Of a DNA stretch of 64,000 nucleotides, positions 1 to 9,859 are shown piece after piece. The translations under genes were made by a program, and so were the position numbers. The notes under the pieces are model-generated. The model did not search any database and was not told where the DNA came from. It saw nothing but the letters and a program-made list of their open reading frames with translations. Origin of the DNA: an uncultured SAR86 cluster bacterium (GTDB lineage: Bacteria; Pseudomonadota; Gammaproteobacteria; Magnimaribacterales; D2472); assembly GCA_902516285.1 (NCBI GenBank), contig CABXXT010000004.1, positions 18,963-82,962 on the forward strand, in the 5' to 3' direction. The stretch's first letter is position 1. Each line of letters starts with the position of its first letter.

Positions 1-1
1 T

Positions 2-436
2 CAAAATAGAAATGTTCCTCCTCTTAAATATGACTATGTTTATAGGCTAAAAAATGATTTTCCTGATCTTGAGATAATCATTAATGGGGGAATTAAAACT
101 ATTGATGACTCTCGAAATCATCTTATGCATGTGGATGGAGTCATGATAGGAAGAGCTGCTTATGATAACCCATTTATTTTATCTGATTTAGATTCAATTT
201 TTTATAATGCACAATCTATACCAAAATCAAAAAAACAAATATTAAATATATATCTTGAGTATGTAGAAAGACAAATTAAAAATGGTCATAATCTTAGCCG
301 AATGATGAAACACTTATTTGGCTTATCAAGAGGTGATAAGAATGCAAAATCTTTTAGAATAAAAATATTAGAAGCAATAAAAAATAACACTCTTGATGGT
401 TATAAGAAAGATCTTGAAGAATTATTAGTCAATTAA
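2..436 (+). CDS. dusA: tRNA-dihydrouridine(20/20a) synthase DusA, 3' part (gene starts before the window)
   Basis: Frame is open from nt 2: QNRNVPPLKYDYVYRLKNDFPDLEIIINGGIKT...DGVMIGRAAYDNP, typical of the DusA C-terminal half. Confidence 0.9.
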   Translation, partial: QNRNVPPLKYDYVYRLKNDFPDLEIIINGGIKTIDDSRNHLMHVDGVMIGRAAYDNPFILSDLDSIFYNAQSIPKSKKQILNIYLEYVERQIKNGHNLSRMMKHLFGLSRGDKNAKSFRIKILEAIKNNTLDGYKKDLEELLVN

Positions 437-1123
437 GAAATCATCCATATCATCAACAAATGTGTCATCAACATCAATACCATCACTAATCTCATAGTTA
501 ATTGATTGCATGTAAGCATCTTTTACAAAAATATATTTATCTCCAGATAATAATGATTCAACATCAAGAAGTCTTTCTCTAGTTTCGAGAGCATCTATTG
601 ATTTCAGAGCTATGTTGACATCAGTATCTGTCATATGAAAAATTACAGATGTAAATGATGAGATTGGTCTACTAATTGTATCTCTAAGAGTTGACGGGCC
701 AAGAAATGGAAGCATTATATATGGACCTTCATCAACTCCCCACACAGCAAGGGTTTGTCCAAAATCTTCTTCATTTCTTTCTAAACCCATACTTGATGCA
801 ACATCAAAAATTCCAGCAATACCAATAGAAGTATTAATAATAAATCTTGTCAAATCATTAAGAGATTTACCTGGTTTGCCTTGAAGCATTTGATTTACAG
901 AGGTCTCAATATTTTCTAAATTATTAAAAAAGTTTGTAACACCAGTTTTAATAAATACTGGAAATTCCGAATAAACCTCAGCAACAGGCTTTACAACCAA
1001 TTCATCAAGATTTTCATTAAATTCAAATGTTTTTCGATTAAATTTTTCAAAAGGATCATTTACTTCGGATGCATGTAGACTAAAAAAACTTGATATAACA
1101 ATAAACAAAATTATTTTAACCAT
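425..1123 (-). CDS. mlaA: MlaA/VacJ outer-membrane lipid asymmetry protein
   Basis: DPFEKFNR, NFFNNL, RFIINTSIG, EDFGQTLAVWG, GPYIMLPFLGPSTLRD motifs. Confidence 0.92.
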   Translation of the reverse strand: MVKIILFIVISSFFSLHASEVNDPFEKFNRKTFEFNENLDELVVKPVAEVYSEFPVFIKTGVTNFFNNLENIETSVNQMLQGKPGKSLNDLTRFIINTSIGIAGIFDVASSMGLERNEEDFGQTLAVWGVDEGPYIMLPFLGPSTLRDTISRPISSFTSVIFHMTDTDVNIALKSIDALETRERLLDVESLLSGDKYIFVKDAYMQSINYEISDGIDVDDTFVDDMDDFLID

Positions 1124-1129
1124 TATTTA

Positions 1130-1804
1130 TTATACATTTTTGTATATATACTCAGATAATTCATTAGCTATAGGGCGATCTATATCTAGGTCAAAGTTAT
1201 AGATGTCTTCTTCAAAATTAAATGAAGATATATGCTCAATACCATTTGTTTTTGTAATTTTGTTATCAATATAATCAACTGGAAAAATATTATTCAACAC
1301 ATAACCAAGAATATTAACTTTAAGTTTTTTAAGCATTGATATAGTTTTGCATGCATCTGCATTAGCAAGCATATTATTTAGTGTAACTAAAATAAATTGA
1401 TCAACATTAAACTGTTCAAAGATTGTTAGATAAGCATCTCCAGTCCCAGGAGGCATGTCAATTAATAAATAATCTAAGTTGCCCCAATTAGTTGATTGAA
1501 TAATTTTTTTTATTGAACTGCTTAACATTGGTCCTCTCCATATAGCAGCCTCGTTAGGCGAAATTATATTACCCATAGAAACAATTTTTATATTTTTTTT
1601 ATTAATAGGTTTGATTTGACTATTATTAAGATCAAGTTTTTCTTTTATATTAAAAAGTAAATGTTGATTGGGGCCGTAGATATCTGCGTCCAAAATACCT
1701 ATAGAATGTTTTTTCGCCATGCTTAGTGCAACAGCAGCAGTAATTGAGCTTTTTCCTACTCCACCTTTGGCTGATCCAAAAGCAATAATTTTTTTTATAG
1801 ACAT
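1130..1804 (-). CDS. mrp: Mrp/ApbC (NBP35) family P-loop ATPase, short form
   Basis: SAKGGVGKS, DADIYGP, WRGPML, DMPPGTGD; divergent from metG as in many gammaproteobacteria; start set at ATG 1804 (MSIKK). Confidence 0.85.
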   Translation of the reverse strand: MSIKKIIAFGSAKGGVGKSSITAAVALSMAKKHSIGILDADIYGPNQHLLFNIKEKLDLNNSQIKPINKKNIKIVSMGNIISPNEAAIWRGPMLSSSIKKIIQSTNWGNLDYLLIDMPPGTGDAYLTIFEQFNVDQFILVTLNNMLANADACKTISMLKKLKVNILGYVLNNIFPVDYIDNKITKTNGIEHISSFNFEEDIYNFDLDIDRPIANELSEYIYKNV

Positions 1805-1840
1805 ATAAGCGAGTATTTTCACATATAATACAATCATTAG

Positions 1841-3796
1841 ATGAACACGCCTATAAAAAATATTAGAAAAATGCTTGTAACACAGGCATTACCATATGCT
1901 AATGCTCCTCTTCATCTTGGTCATATTTTAGAGGCCGTTCAGACAGATATATGGACAAGGTTTCAAAATCATAATGGAAATATATGTCACTTTTTTTGTG
2001 CTGATGATACTCATGGAACACCAGTAATGTTAAAAGCAAAAGAATTAGGAGTTGATCCAGAAGAACTGATTGATGAAGTATTTAAAGATCATAAATCAAC
2101 ATATGAGCTTTATGGAATTCAGTTTGCTAATTTTTACTCAACTCATAGTGATGAAAATAAAGAATACTCAGAATATATTTATAAATGTGCGAAGGAAAAC
2201 AACTTAATATCAAAAATGAATATAGACCAGCTCTATGATGAGAATGAAAAAATGTTTTTATCTGATAGATTTGTATCTGGGACTTGTCCAAAGTGCAGAG
2301 CGGAACATCAAAACGGAGATAACTGCGGAGTTTGTGGAGCATCTTATAATGTTCTGGATGTTATAGACCCTGTATCAATTATTTCAAATACAACTCCTAT
2401 CAAAAAAAAGACTGAGCACATTTTCTTTGATTTACCTCAAAAAAGTGAAATGCTAAAAGATTTTATTAAAAAAGTTAATTTACAAGAATCAGTCAAAAAT
2501 AAGTTAAGTGAGTGGTTAAATGATGATTTAAGGAAATGGGATATATCAAGAGATCCACCATATTTTGGGTTTATGATTCCCGATGAAGTTGAAAAGTATT
2601 TTTATGTTTGGGTTGATGCTCCAATTGGATACTTAGCATCAATATCAAATTGGGCTAAAAAAAATAATCTTGATATGAATGAGCTTTGGTCACAAAAGTC
2701 TGACTATGAAATACATCACTTTATTGGTAAAGATATTGCTTATTTTCATGGATTATTTTGGCCTGCCCTCTTAAGTTCAGCAAATTATAAGTTACCAGAT
2801 AGTATTAATGTCCATGGTTTTTTAACTATTAATGGAGAAAAAATGTCTAAGTCTAGGGGAACTGGGATTCTAGCAAAAGATTTTGTAAGTGTTATTAATC
2901 CAGAAACTTTAAGATATTATTTCGCTGCTAAGTTAAACAATAAAGTAGAGGATATTGATTTAAACTTTGAAGATTATGTTCAAAGAATAAATTCTGATAT
3001 TGTTGGAAAATATTTAAATATAGCTTCAAGATCTGCTTCTTTTATTAAAAAAAATAATAATCTATTATCTAAAAATATTAATCAAGATATCTTAGATTCA
3101 TTATTAAATAAAAAAGATGAGATTGTCGACCTGTATGATTCGAAGCAATACTCAAAGCTTATTAGAATTATTATGGATCTCGCTGACGATGTTAATAAAT
3201 TTATTAATGATGAGACTCCATGGAAGAAGGATATCAATGAAGCTATAGATATTAGTTCTACAGCATTGAATGCTTTTAAAATTTTATCAATTTATTTACA
3301 TCCAGTTATTCCGAACATTACTAAAAATGCATTTAAATTTCTTAATCTTAATAAATTTACTTTAAATGATGTCGATGTGAATTTAAATAAAAAAATAAAT
3401 ACTTACAAACCATTGCTTAATCGACTTGAAAAAATAATAATTTCTGAGGAAGAAGATATGGATAATACAAATATAATAAATATTGATCAATTTAGTGCTG
3501 TTGATCTTAGAGTGGCAAGAATTGTTGATGCTTGTGACATTGAGGATGCTGATAAATTATTACAGTTAAGTCTTGATGTTGGAGAATTAGGCACTAGAAA
3601 TGTATTTGCAGGTATTAAAAGTGCCTATAAACCAGAAGACTTAAAAGATAGATTAGTGGTATTGGTAAATAATCTAGAACCTCGAAAAATGAAATTTGGT
3701 GTATCTGAGGGAATGGTTTTGGCATCAAGTAATGATAATGGTATTTATTTAGTTTCACCTGACGAAGGTGCAGAACCTGGAATGAAAGTAAGATAA
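1841..3796 (+). CDS. metG: Methionine--tRNA ligase
   Basis: HLGH and KMSKS motifs, CxxC...CxxC zinc knuckle, C-terminal tRNA-binding OB domain. Confidence 0.98.
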   Translation: MNTPIKNIRKMLVTQALPYANAPLHLGHILEAVQTDIWTRFQNHNGNICHFFCADDTHGTPVMLKAKELGVDPEELIDEVFKDHKSTYELYGIQFANFYSTHSDENKEYSEYIYKCAKENNLISKMNIDQLYDENEKMFLSDRFVSGTCPKCRAEHQNGDNCGVCGASYNVLDVIDPVSIISNTTPIKKKTEHIFFDLPQKSEMLKDFIKKVNLQESVKNKLSEWLNDDLRKWDISRDPPYFGFMIPDEVEKYFYVWVDAPIGYLASISNWAKKNNLDMNELWSQKSDYEIHHFIGKDIAYFHGLFWPALLSSANYKLPDSINVHGFLTINGEKMSKSRGTGILAKDFVSVINPETLRYYFAAKLNNKVEDIDLNFEDYVQRINSDIVGKYLNIASRSASFIKKNNNLLSKNINQDILDSLLNKKDEIVDLYDSKQYSKLIRIIMDLADDVNKFINDETPWKKDINEAIDISSTALNAFKILSIYLHPVIPNITKNAFKFLNLNKFTLNDVDVNLNKKINTYKPLLNRLEKIIISEEEDMDNTNIINIDQFSAVDLRVARIVDACDIEDADKLLQLSLDVGELGTRNVFAGIKSAYKPEDLKDRLVVLVNNLEPRKMKFGVSEGMVLASSNDNGIYLVSPDEGAEPGMKVR

Positions 3797-4833
3797 TGAA
3801 CAAGACAGATATAATAATAATAGGCGCAGGGCCTGTGGGGTTGTTTACAGTTTTTGAAGCAGGTCTTCTTGGATTAAATTGTGTCCTAATAGATAATCTA
3901 GACAAACCTGGTGGTCAATGTGCTGAGTTATATCCAGAAAAACCAATCTATGACATTCCAGGAGTTCCATACCAAACAGCACAGGAACATGTGGATGCCC
4001 TTCTAGAACAAATAAAACCATTTAGCTATGAATTACATCTTTCAGAAAGAGTTGATCTAGTTGAAGAGATTGATTTAGATGGTGATCAATTCTGGAAAGT
4101 CAAAACAACAGAATCTAAAGAATTTATTTCCAAAAATATCTTTATTGCTGCAGGAGCTGGCTCTTTTGAACCTCGGAGGCCTCCTAATATAGTAGATCCT
4201 GATAAATATATTAATAAAGGTGTTGAATATGCTGTTCGTTCTGTAGATAAGTATACTAATAAAGATGTATTTATCTTTGGTGGAGGTGACTCTGCACTAG
4301 ATTGGACAGTTGAATTATCAAAAACTGCTAAATCAATATCATTAGTTCACCGAAGAGATGCATTTAGAGGTGCTCAACATACAGAAGAATTAATGCGAAA
4401 GTTGGTTAAAGAGAAAAAGGTAAATCTACTAACCCCTTATCTTATTGATAGTATCTTAGGAGAGGAAAAGGTGAATTCTATTACTTTAAAAAATTTTGAT
4501 ACTAATGAAATAGAGTCTTTTGATGCTGACGAACTAATTTTTCTTTTTGGTTTAAATAAGAAATTGGGTCCAATATTAGATTGGGATATAGATTTAAATA
4601 ATAAAAAGATTCAAGTTAATACAGAGAATTACCAAACTTCAAAAAATGGAATATTTGCAGTAGGAGATATCAATGATTATCCAGGCAAATTGGATTTAAT
4701 TTTATCAGGATTTCATGAAACCACTTTAGCCGTTCAAGAAGCGTATAAAAGAATTCATCCTGGTGAAAGAGTTCCATTTGGCTACACAACTTCAAATTCA
4801 AAACTACAAGAAAAACTTGGTGTTAAAAAATAG
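3796..4833 (+). CDS. Ferredoxin--NADP+ reductase, TrxB-like (YumC type)
   Basis: GAGPVG, GGQCAELYPEKPIYDIPG, GGGDSALDW, HRRDAFRG; no CxxC redox pair. Confidence 0.85.
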   Translation: MNKTDIIIIGAGPVGLFTVFEAGLLGLNCVLIDNLDKPGGQCAELYPEKPIYDIPGVPYQTAQEHVDALLEQIKPFSYELHLSERVDLVEEIDLDGDQFWKVKTTESKEFISKNIFIAAGAGSFEPRRPPNIVDPDKYINKGVEYAVRSVDKYTNKDVFIFGGGDSALDWTVELSKTAKSISLVHRRDAFRGAQHTEELMRKLVKEKKVNLLTPYLIDSILGEEKVNSITLKNFDTNEIESFDADELIFLFGLNKKLGPILDWDIDLNNKKIQVNTENYQTSKNGIFAVGDINDYPGKLDLILSGFHETTLAVQEAYKRIHPGERVPFGYTTSNSKLQEKLGVKK

Positions 4834-5404
4834 ATTTAGAAAATATCTTCCTGTAGTAGTAGATATTGAGACCGGTGGTTTTGATCCAGCTAAAAATGCT
4901 ATCTTAGAAATAGCCATAACTTTAATTGAATATAAAGATAATAGTTTTGTTCCTGGAGAAACATTTAGACATCACATTGAGCCATTTGAGGGATCTATAG
5001 TTGAGAAAGAATCTCTTGAGTTTACAAAAATTAAGCTAGATCATCCTTTAAGAAATAGTATTAACGAAGCTGATGCATTAAAAGATCTATTTAAAATAAT
5101 AAATCAGACTAAGAATAAATATGAATGCTCAAGAGCGATACTAGTTGGTCATAATGCTCATTTTGATATGTCATTTCTTAAAGCTTCACTGATAAGAAAT
5201 GGTATCAAGAAAAGTCCATTTCATAAGTTTTCTGTTATCGATACTGTCTCACTAGGAGTTTTAGCAACAGGACAGACTGTTTTAGCAAGAGTATGTGAAA
5301 AACTTTCAATTGATTATGATAATGATGAAGCTCACTCAGCTGCTTACGATACTATGGTTACAGCAAAGGTATTTTGCTCGATTGTAAACAATTATGACAA
5401 TTAA
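4820..5404 (+). CDS. rnt: Ribonuclease T
   Basis: RFRKYLPVVVDIETGG, LVGHNAHFD, HSAAYD (DEDDh); likely GTG start at 4820; next to grxD. Confidence 0.93.
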   Translation: MLKNRFRKYLPVVVDIETGGFDPAKNAILEIAITLIEYKDNSFVPGETFRHHIEPFEGSIVEKESLEFTKIKLDHPLRNSINEADALKDLFKIINQTKNKYECSRAILVGHNAHFDMSFLKASLIRNGIKKSPFHKFSVIDTVSLGVLATGQTVLARVCEKLSIDYDNDEAHSAAYDTMVTAKVFCSIVNNYDN

Positions 5405-5715
5405 GACTCAACTGAATCTAAAAGCTTTTTAAGTTCTCCAGATTCATGCATTTGAGCAACAATGTCAGCACCACCAATTAATTCACCATTCACAAAAACT
5501 TGAGGGAAAGTTGGCCAATCAGAGACCTTTGGTAAAGCAACTCGTGCATCATTATTTTCGAGAATATCTACATAGCTGAACTTAGATTCACATTCTATTA
5601 ATATCTGAACAGTTCTTGCTGAAAAACCACATCTTGGCTCATATGGTGTTCCTTTCATATATATTAAGATATTATTTTCACTTATTTGTTCTTTTAATTT
5701 TGCTTCAATATCCAT
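5401..5715 (-). CDS. grxD: Monothiol glutaredoxin Grx4
   Basis: MKGTP..PRCGFS, WPTFPQ, GGADI. Confidence 0.95.
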   Translation of the reverse strand: MDIEAKLKEQISENNILIYMKGTPYEPRCGFSARTVQILIECESKFSYVDILENNDARVALPKVSDWPTFPQVFVNGELIGGADIVAQMHESGELKKLLDSVES

Positions 5716-5716
5716 G

Positions 5717-6460
5717 TTATTTCCTTATTATGTCCAAATATTTCTTAATTGTTTCATCAAAACCATATAACAAAGCATCTATTATAATCGCATGACCAAT
5801 AGACACCTCATTAATGTTACCTATTTCAACTAAATAATGTAAGTTATTTAGGTTTAAGTCATGGCCTGCATTAATTAACAAATTATTATCTAAGGCTTTA
5901 TCAATCATTGTATTAACTTCCGTGAGAATAGACTCATCATTATTAGCTATAGCTTTCGAAAATTTTCCTGTATGTATTTCAATTAAATCAGCATTCATTT
6001 TAGAGGCATATTCAACACCACTAATATCATCAATAAATAAACTTATTTTTGCCTCATTAGATTTTTGTTTCAGAGATTCAATGATATTTTTAAGATCTTC
6101 ATCATGTGATCCTTCAGACCAACCATAATTTGAAGTAATTTGATCTATAGTATCCGGCACAAGTGTAATTTGATCTGGATTAATAATCTCAACCAACTCA
6201 CAAAAACCTAAAAATTCTTTATTAGGTTTTGAAAATGGGTTGCCTTCGATATTAAATTCAATACCTCTACTTTTTGCAATATTAGATAGTTTAATAACAT
6301 CATTACTTGTAGCATGTCTATGATCAGGTCTTGGGTGCAGAGTAAGACCATCAACACCCAAGTCTACAGCTTGATTTGCAAAATCTTCTAGGTCAGGATA
6401 ATTTTCACCTCTTGCATTTCTAAGTAAAGCAATTTTATTTAGGTTTATACTTAATTTCAT
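5717..6460 (-). CDS. pdxJ: Pyridoxine 5'-phosphate synthase
   Basis: LSINLNKIALLRNARG, HPRPDHRH, EFNIEG, NAGHDL, EVSIGHA; start at ATG 6460. Confidence 0.93.
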   Translation of the reverse strand: MKLSINLNKIALLRNARGENYPDLEDFANQAVDLGVDGLTLHPRPDHRHATSNDVIKLSNIAKSRGIEFNIEGNPFSKPNKEFLGFCELVEIINPDQITLVPDTIDQITSNYGWSEGSHDEDLKNIIESLKQKSNEAKISLFIDDISGVEYASKMNADLIEIHTGKFSKAIANNDESILTEVNTMIDKALDNNLLINAGHDLNLNNLHYLVEIGNINEVSIGHAIIIDALLYGFDETIKKYLDIIRK

Positions 6461-6467
6461 ATTTGTA

Positions 6468-7229
6468 TTATCTATATAGATCGTCACTCTTATTAACAGT
6501 CAAAGTTGCTGCATCATTAATTTCATTATTGAAATGCTTATAACCTTTAATTAATATTACAGGCTGCATTTCAGCACTTTGGCCCATTAACAAACCTGCC
6601 GATGCTGCAAGCTCATCTGCAACTGCAACTTCAGTTCCTTTTAATTTTTTTCCATACATATCAATTTCACCCTTTAAATCGAGTAAGCAATTTATATTAC
6701 TGCTTGCAATTGCAAAGTTTACAACTCCAAATCTGTATGGGCGAGTCATTGAGTCAGAAATAACTATTGAAATATTTTTATTATAAATTTTTGATAATTT
6801 TTTCTGTAGATCGTCAGCACTTTTTGATGGATCTTTAGGAAGTAATAAAGCACTATTATTATCAATTGGGATATTAGACAGATCTATACCTGCGTTAATA
6901 TTTACTAAGCCCAGCTTATGCTCAACAACAATTACATTTTTATTAGTTGATATTATTTTATTAGATTCATTCATAATGACTTGAACTAGACGCTTATCTT
7001 TATTTAACTTTAAAGCTAATTTAGCAGCATCTTTAGAAACTTTAATCTCATTTAAATTAACATATCTATTTTCAGATTTTGAAATAATCTTATGAGCAAT
7101 AACAAAAATATCATTATCGTCAATTGATAAATTATTAGAATTAATTGCATTAGATATTATTTCGACGAGATTATCTCCAACTTCTATTATTGGAAAGTCT
7201 TTAACTGCTATTAAATCAAGTGAATTCAT
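6468..7229 (-). CDS. cofE: Coenzyme F420-0:L-glutamate ligase (CofE family)
   Basis: [44 protein letters not shown] motifs. Confidence 0.85.
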   Translation of the reverse strand: MNSLDLIAVKDFPIIEVGDNLVEIISNAINSNNLSIDDNDIFVIAHKIISKSENRYVNLNEIKVSKDAAKLALKLNKDKRLVQVIMNESNKIISTNKNVIVVEHKLGLVNINAGIDLSNIPIDNNSALLLPKDPSKSADDLQKKLSKIYNKNISIVISDSMTRPYRFGVVNFAIASSNINCLLDLKGEIDMYGKKLKGTEVAVADELAASAGLLMGQSAEMQPVILIKGYKHFNNEINDAATLTVNKSDDLYR

Positions 7230-7302
7230 TTATAGAACATATTTAAAGCTTAAAAATAGCATATGTAAACAAAAATTCGTTCATCATGTATACTTTCTTG
7301 CT

Positions 7303-7473
7303 ATGAACTCTATAGATAAAAAATTGCTAGAAATTCTAGTATGTCCCAATTCTAAAAAACCGTTAACTTTTAATGAAGAAACAAATGAGTTAGTTTGTAA
7401 AGAATCCGGATTAGCTTATCCAATAAAAGATGGGATTCCAATAATGCTACCTGAGAAAGCACGCAAAATTTAA
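7303..7473 (+). CDS. ycaR: Trm112/YcaR (UPF0434) family protein, 56 aa, absent from the ORF track
   Basis: [21 protein letters not shown]...[20 protein letters not shown]. Confidence 0.9.
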   Translation: MNSIDKKLLEILVCPNSKKPLTFNEETNELVCKESGLAYPIKDGIPIMLPEKARKI

Positions 7474-7478
7474 TTTCT

Positions 7479-7555
7479 GCGCCCGTAGCTCAGCTGGATA
7501 GAGTACTTGGCTACGAACCAAGGGGTCGGGAGTTCGAATCTCTCCGGGCGCACCA
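7479..7555 (+). tRNA. tRNA-Arg(ACG)
   Basis: GCGCCCG/CGGGCGC acceptor stem, CTTGG-CT ACG AA-CCAAG anticodon arm, TTCGAAT T-loop, encoded CCA. Confidence 0.97.
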
Positions 7556-7570
7556 CTACTTCAGATAAAT

Positions 7571-7586
7571 TGGCATACAAATTGCT
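7571..7586 (+). promoter_or_regulatory. Putative sigma-54 (-24/-12) promoter
   Basis: TGGCAT-ACAAA-TTGCT matches TGGCAY-N5-TTGCW with exact spacing, 25 nt upstream of a small ORF with an SD. Confidence 0.6.
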
Positions 7587-7611
7587 ATAGATAGCTGTAT
7601 AAGGACATATT

Positions 7612-7722
7612 ATGCAAGATTATATTGATAGCGTTATAGATTTTTGTAAGAAAGAGCCAATTTGGGCACTAGCTTTTTTTATTTGTGGTTTTATTATTGG
7701 TGATACATACTTCACTCTATAA
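7612..7722 (+). CDS. Small membrane protein, 36 aa
   Basis: MQDYIDSVIDFCKKEPIWALAFFICGFIIGDTYFTL; AAGGA SD at 7601-7605; one C-terminal hydrophobic helix. Confidence 0.65.
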   Translation: MQDYIDSVIDFCKKEPIWALAFFICGFIIGDTYFTL

Positions 7723-8659
7723 TCATAAGATCCTCTGCAATAATCACATCTCCTCTGAAATTGACATTAACATCATTTAAAATAGACTCATTTGTTGCAC
7801 CCCAAAATAATATATGAGATAAAACTAATTTTTTTGGCTTAAGTTTATTAGCAATATAGCCAACATCAATTGAAGATGTATGGTGTGCTTTATGATATGT
7901 TTGCCATTCTTTAGTTTTATTAATAAAAGTTTCACTAGAATATACTTCATGAATTAGGATATCTAAATCGTTACCGTGCTTCATTAAATTTTTACTAATT
8001 GCAGTATCACCAGAAAATAATATTTTTTTATCATCTGTAGTAAATAAAAAACCATAGGAATTTTCAAAATCGCCATGATTATTTTTAAATGCCAAAACTT
8101 CTACATTCTCGTCTTTATATATTGTTCCCTCTTCAGTAATTTCAGTAACATTAGTTGTGTAACCATATTTATTTGCAGGTTGTGAGCCATATAGACGATA
8201 ATTAATGTCTTCACGATATGCTTTAATAATATTTTTAGACATATCCTTTAATCCTTTTGGTCCATATAAATTGAGAGGTTTTGACCTTCCCATAATCCAT
8301 GGAGTTAGTATTAAATCAGACAGCGCACCACTATGATCAGAATGAATGTGTGTTAAGAATGCTATATCAATGTTTTTTAATTCCATAGATGGGAACTTAC
8401 CTCCCCATGGAGGTGACATTGCAGATATCCTTCTAACAATGCCTGGCCCAAAATCAATTATGTATGCACTTTGATTAACTACAACGGCATATCCTGAGCC
8501 ATATCTATCTGGATCAGGATTGGGAGTACCTGAACCAAGAATAATTAACTTAGTATCAGCAATCGAATATATAGAAAAAAATAATATAGATAGTGATAAA
8601 AAATTTAGTTTTATATTAGACAGATTTAAGTCTTTGTTCAGGTATTTTATTTTTAACAT
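7712..8659 (-). CDS. Exported MBL-fold hydrolase, RNase Z/AtsA arylsulfatase-like
   Basis: LGSGTP, DFGPG, THIHSDH, FSGDT, HEVY, HHT; signal-like segment before ADTKL; start uncertain (ATG 8659 chosen). Confidence 0.75.
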   Translation of the reverse strand: MLKIKYLNKDLNLSNIKLNFLSLSILFFSIYSIADTKLIILGSGTPNPDPDRYGSGYAVVVNQSAYIIDFGPGIVRRISAMSPPWGGKFPSMELKNIDIAFLTHIHSDHSGALSDLILTPWIMGRSKPLNLYGPKGLKDMSKNIIKAYREDINYRLYGSQPANKYGYTTNVTEITEEGTIYKDENVEVLAFKNNHGDFENSYGFLFTTDDKKILFSGDTAISKNLMKHGNDLDILIHEVYSSETFINKTKEWQTYHKAHHTSSIDVGYIANKLKPKKLVLSHILFWGATNESILNDVNVNFRGDVIIAEDLMIIE

Positions 8660-9005
8660 TTGTAATGTTATTGTCTTTATCGAAATAAACAAGTGTTGGT
8701 TGATGTGATTCTGACTCAGACTGGTCATAAGATCCATAAGAGCAAATAATAACAACATCATTTGGTGAAACTTTATGAGCAGCCGCCCCGTTAACAGAAA
8801 GTGTTTTAGAGCCAGCCTCTGCAAGTATTAGATAAGTTGAAAATCTATTGCCATTAGTTACGTTATATACATCTACTTTTTCATATTCCTGCATTCCAGC
8901 AATCTCTAGAAAGTCTTTGTCTATTGCACATGAGCCTTCGTAATCAATTTCAACTTGAGTTACATTTATACGATGAAGCTTTGATTTTAATAATGTTATA
9001 TTCAT
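8616..9005 (-). CDS. panD: Aspartate 1-decarboxylase
   Basis: LLKSKLHR, YEGSCAID self-cleavage site, NGNRFSTY, NGAAAH. Confidence 0.96.
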   Translation of the reverse strand: MNITLLKSKLHRINVTQVEIDYEGSCAIDKDFLEIAGMQEYEKVDVYNVTNGNRFSTYLILAEAGSKTLSVNGAAAHKVSPNDVVIICSYGSYDQSESESHQPTLVYFDKDNNITNVKNKIPEQRLKSV

Positions 9006-9038
9006 AAAATGGCCAGTATAGTTAAATATCGACAAATA

Positions 9039-9857
9039 TTAAAGTTTTGAGAGGGTCATGTTATCAATAAGTCTTATATTTCCAATTGTTGCTGCTATAG
9101 CAATAAGTATATCTTTATTACTGATTTCAAATGACTCCTCAAGGGTATTTGTGTCACATGCTGTCAAATAATCTACTTTAAAACCTACAGAATTAAGATA
9201 TTCAATTTTTTTATCTAACAATCTGGGAGTTAAGATATTTTTATTTTTATTTATACTAACAAGTACTTCATATAATTTTGAAGCAATTAATTTTTCTTCT
9301 TTTAATAGTAAGTTGTTTCTTGATGATAAGGCTAGCCCATTAACGTCTCTTTGAGTTTCGGCACTTATAACATTTATATTAGATTTATTTTTTTTTATAA
9401 AGTCTTTTATTAAGATTAACTGTTGATAATCTTTTTTGCCAAATACCACACTGTGAGGATTAACTATATCAAATAACTTATTTACAATTGTTAACACTCC
9501 GTCAAAATGTCCTGGTCTATTTATACCGCAAAGTTTTTTTGATTTATCGGGTGCCTTTATTGTTAGAATGTTTTCTAAAATTGAATCATCTGGTATTAAT
9601 AAAAAATCACAACCATGTTTATCTAACAGTTCAATATCAGCATCAATTGTCTTAGGATATTTTAAATAATCATTTTTGTCATTAAATTGAAGTTTATTTA
9701 TATAAATAGTTGAAATAATTGGATTGTTAACTTTTTTAGCAGCCTCTATAAGGGAAATATGACCCATATGAAGGTTTCCCATTGTAGGGACAAGTGTCAA
9801 TGCAGGTAGATTTGATTTTAAAGTATTAAATTCATTTATTGATTTATAGATTTTCAA
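9039..9857 (-). CDS. panC: Pantoate--beta-alanine ligase
   Basis: PTMGNLHMGH, RPGHFDGV, FGKKDYQQ, GLALSSRN, RLIDN. Confidence 0.96.
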   Translation of the reverse strand: MKIYKSINEFNTLKSNLPALTLVPTMGNLHMGHISLIEAAKKVNNPIISTIYINKLQFNDKNDYLKYPKTIDADIELLDKHGCDFLLIPDDSILENILTIKAPDKSKKLCGINRPGHFDGVLTIVNKLFDIVNPHSVVFGKKDYQQLILIKDFIKKNKSNINVISAETQRDVNGLALSSRNNLLLKEEKLIASKLYEVLVSINKNKNILTPRLLDKKIEYLNSVGFKVDYLTACDTNTLEESFEISNKDILIAIAATIGNIRLIDNMTLSKL

Positions 9858-9859
9858 TC

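Noticed and set aside
8660-8824. N-terminal extension of the MBL hydrolase ORF given in the track (370 aa)
   Set aside because: It lies out of frame inside panD; the signal-like segment begins near 8620-8660.
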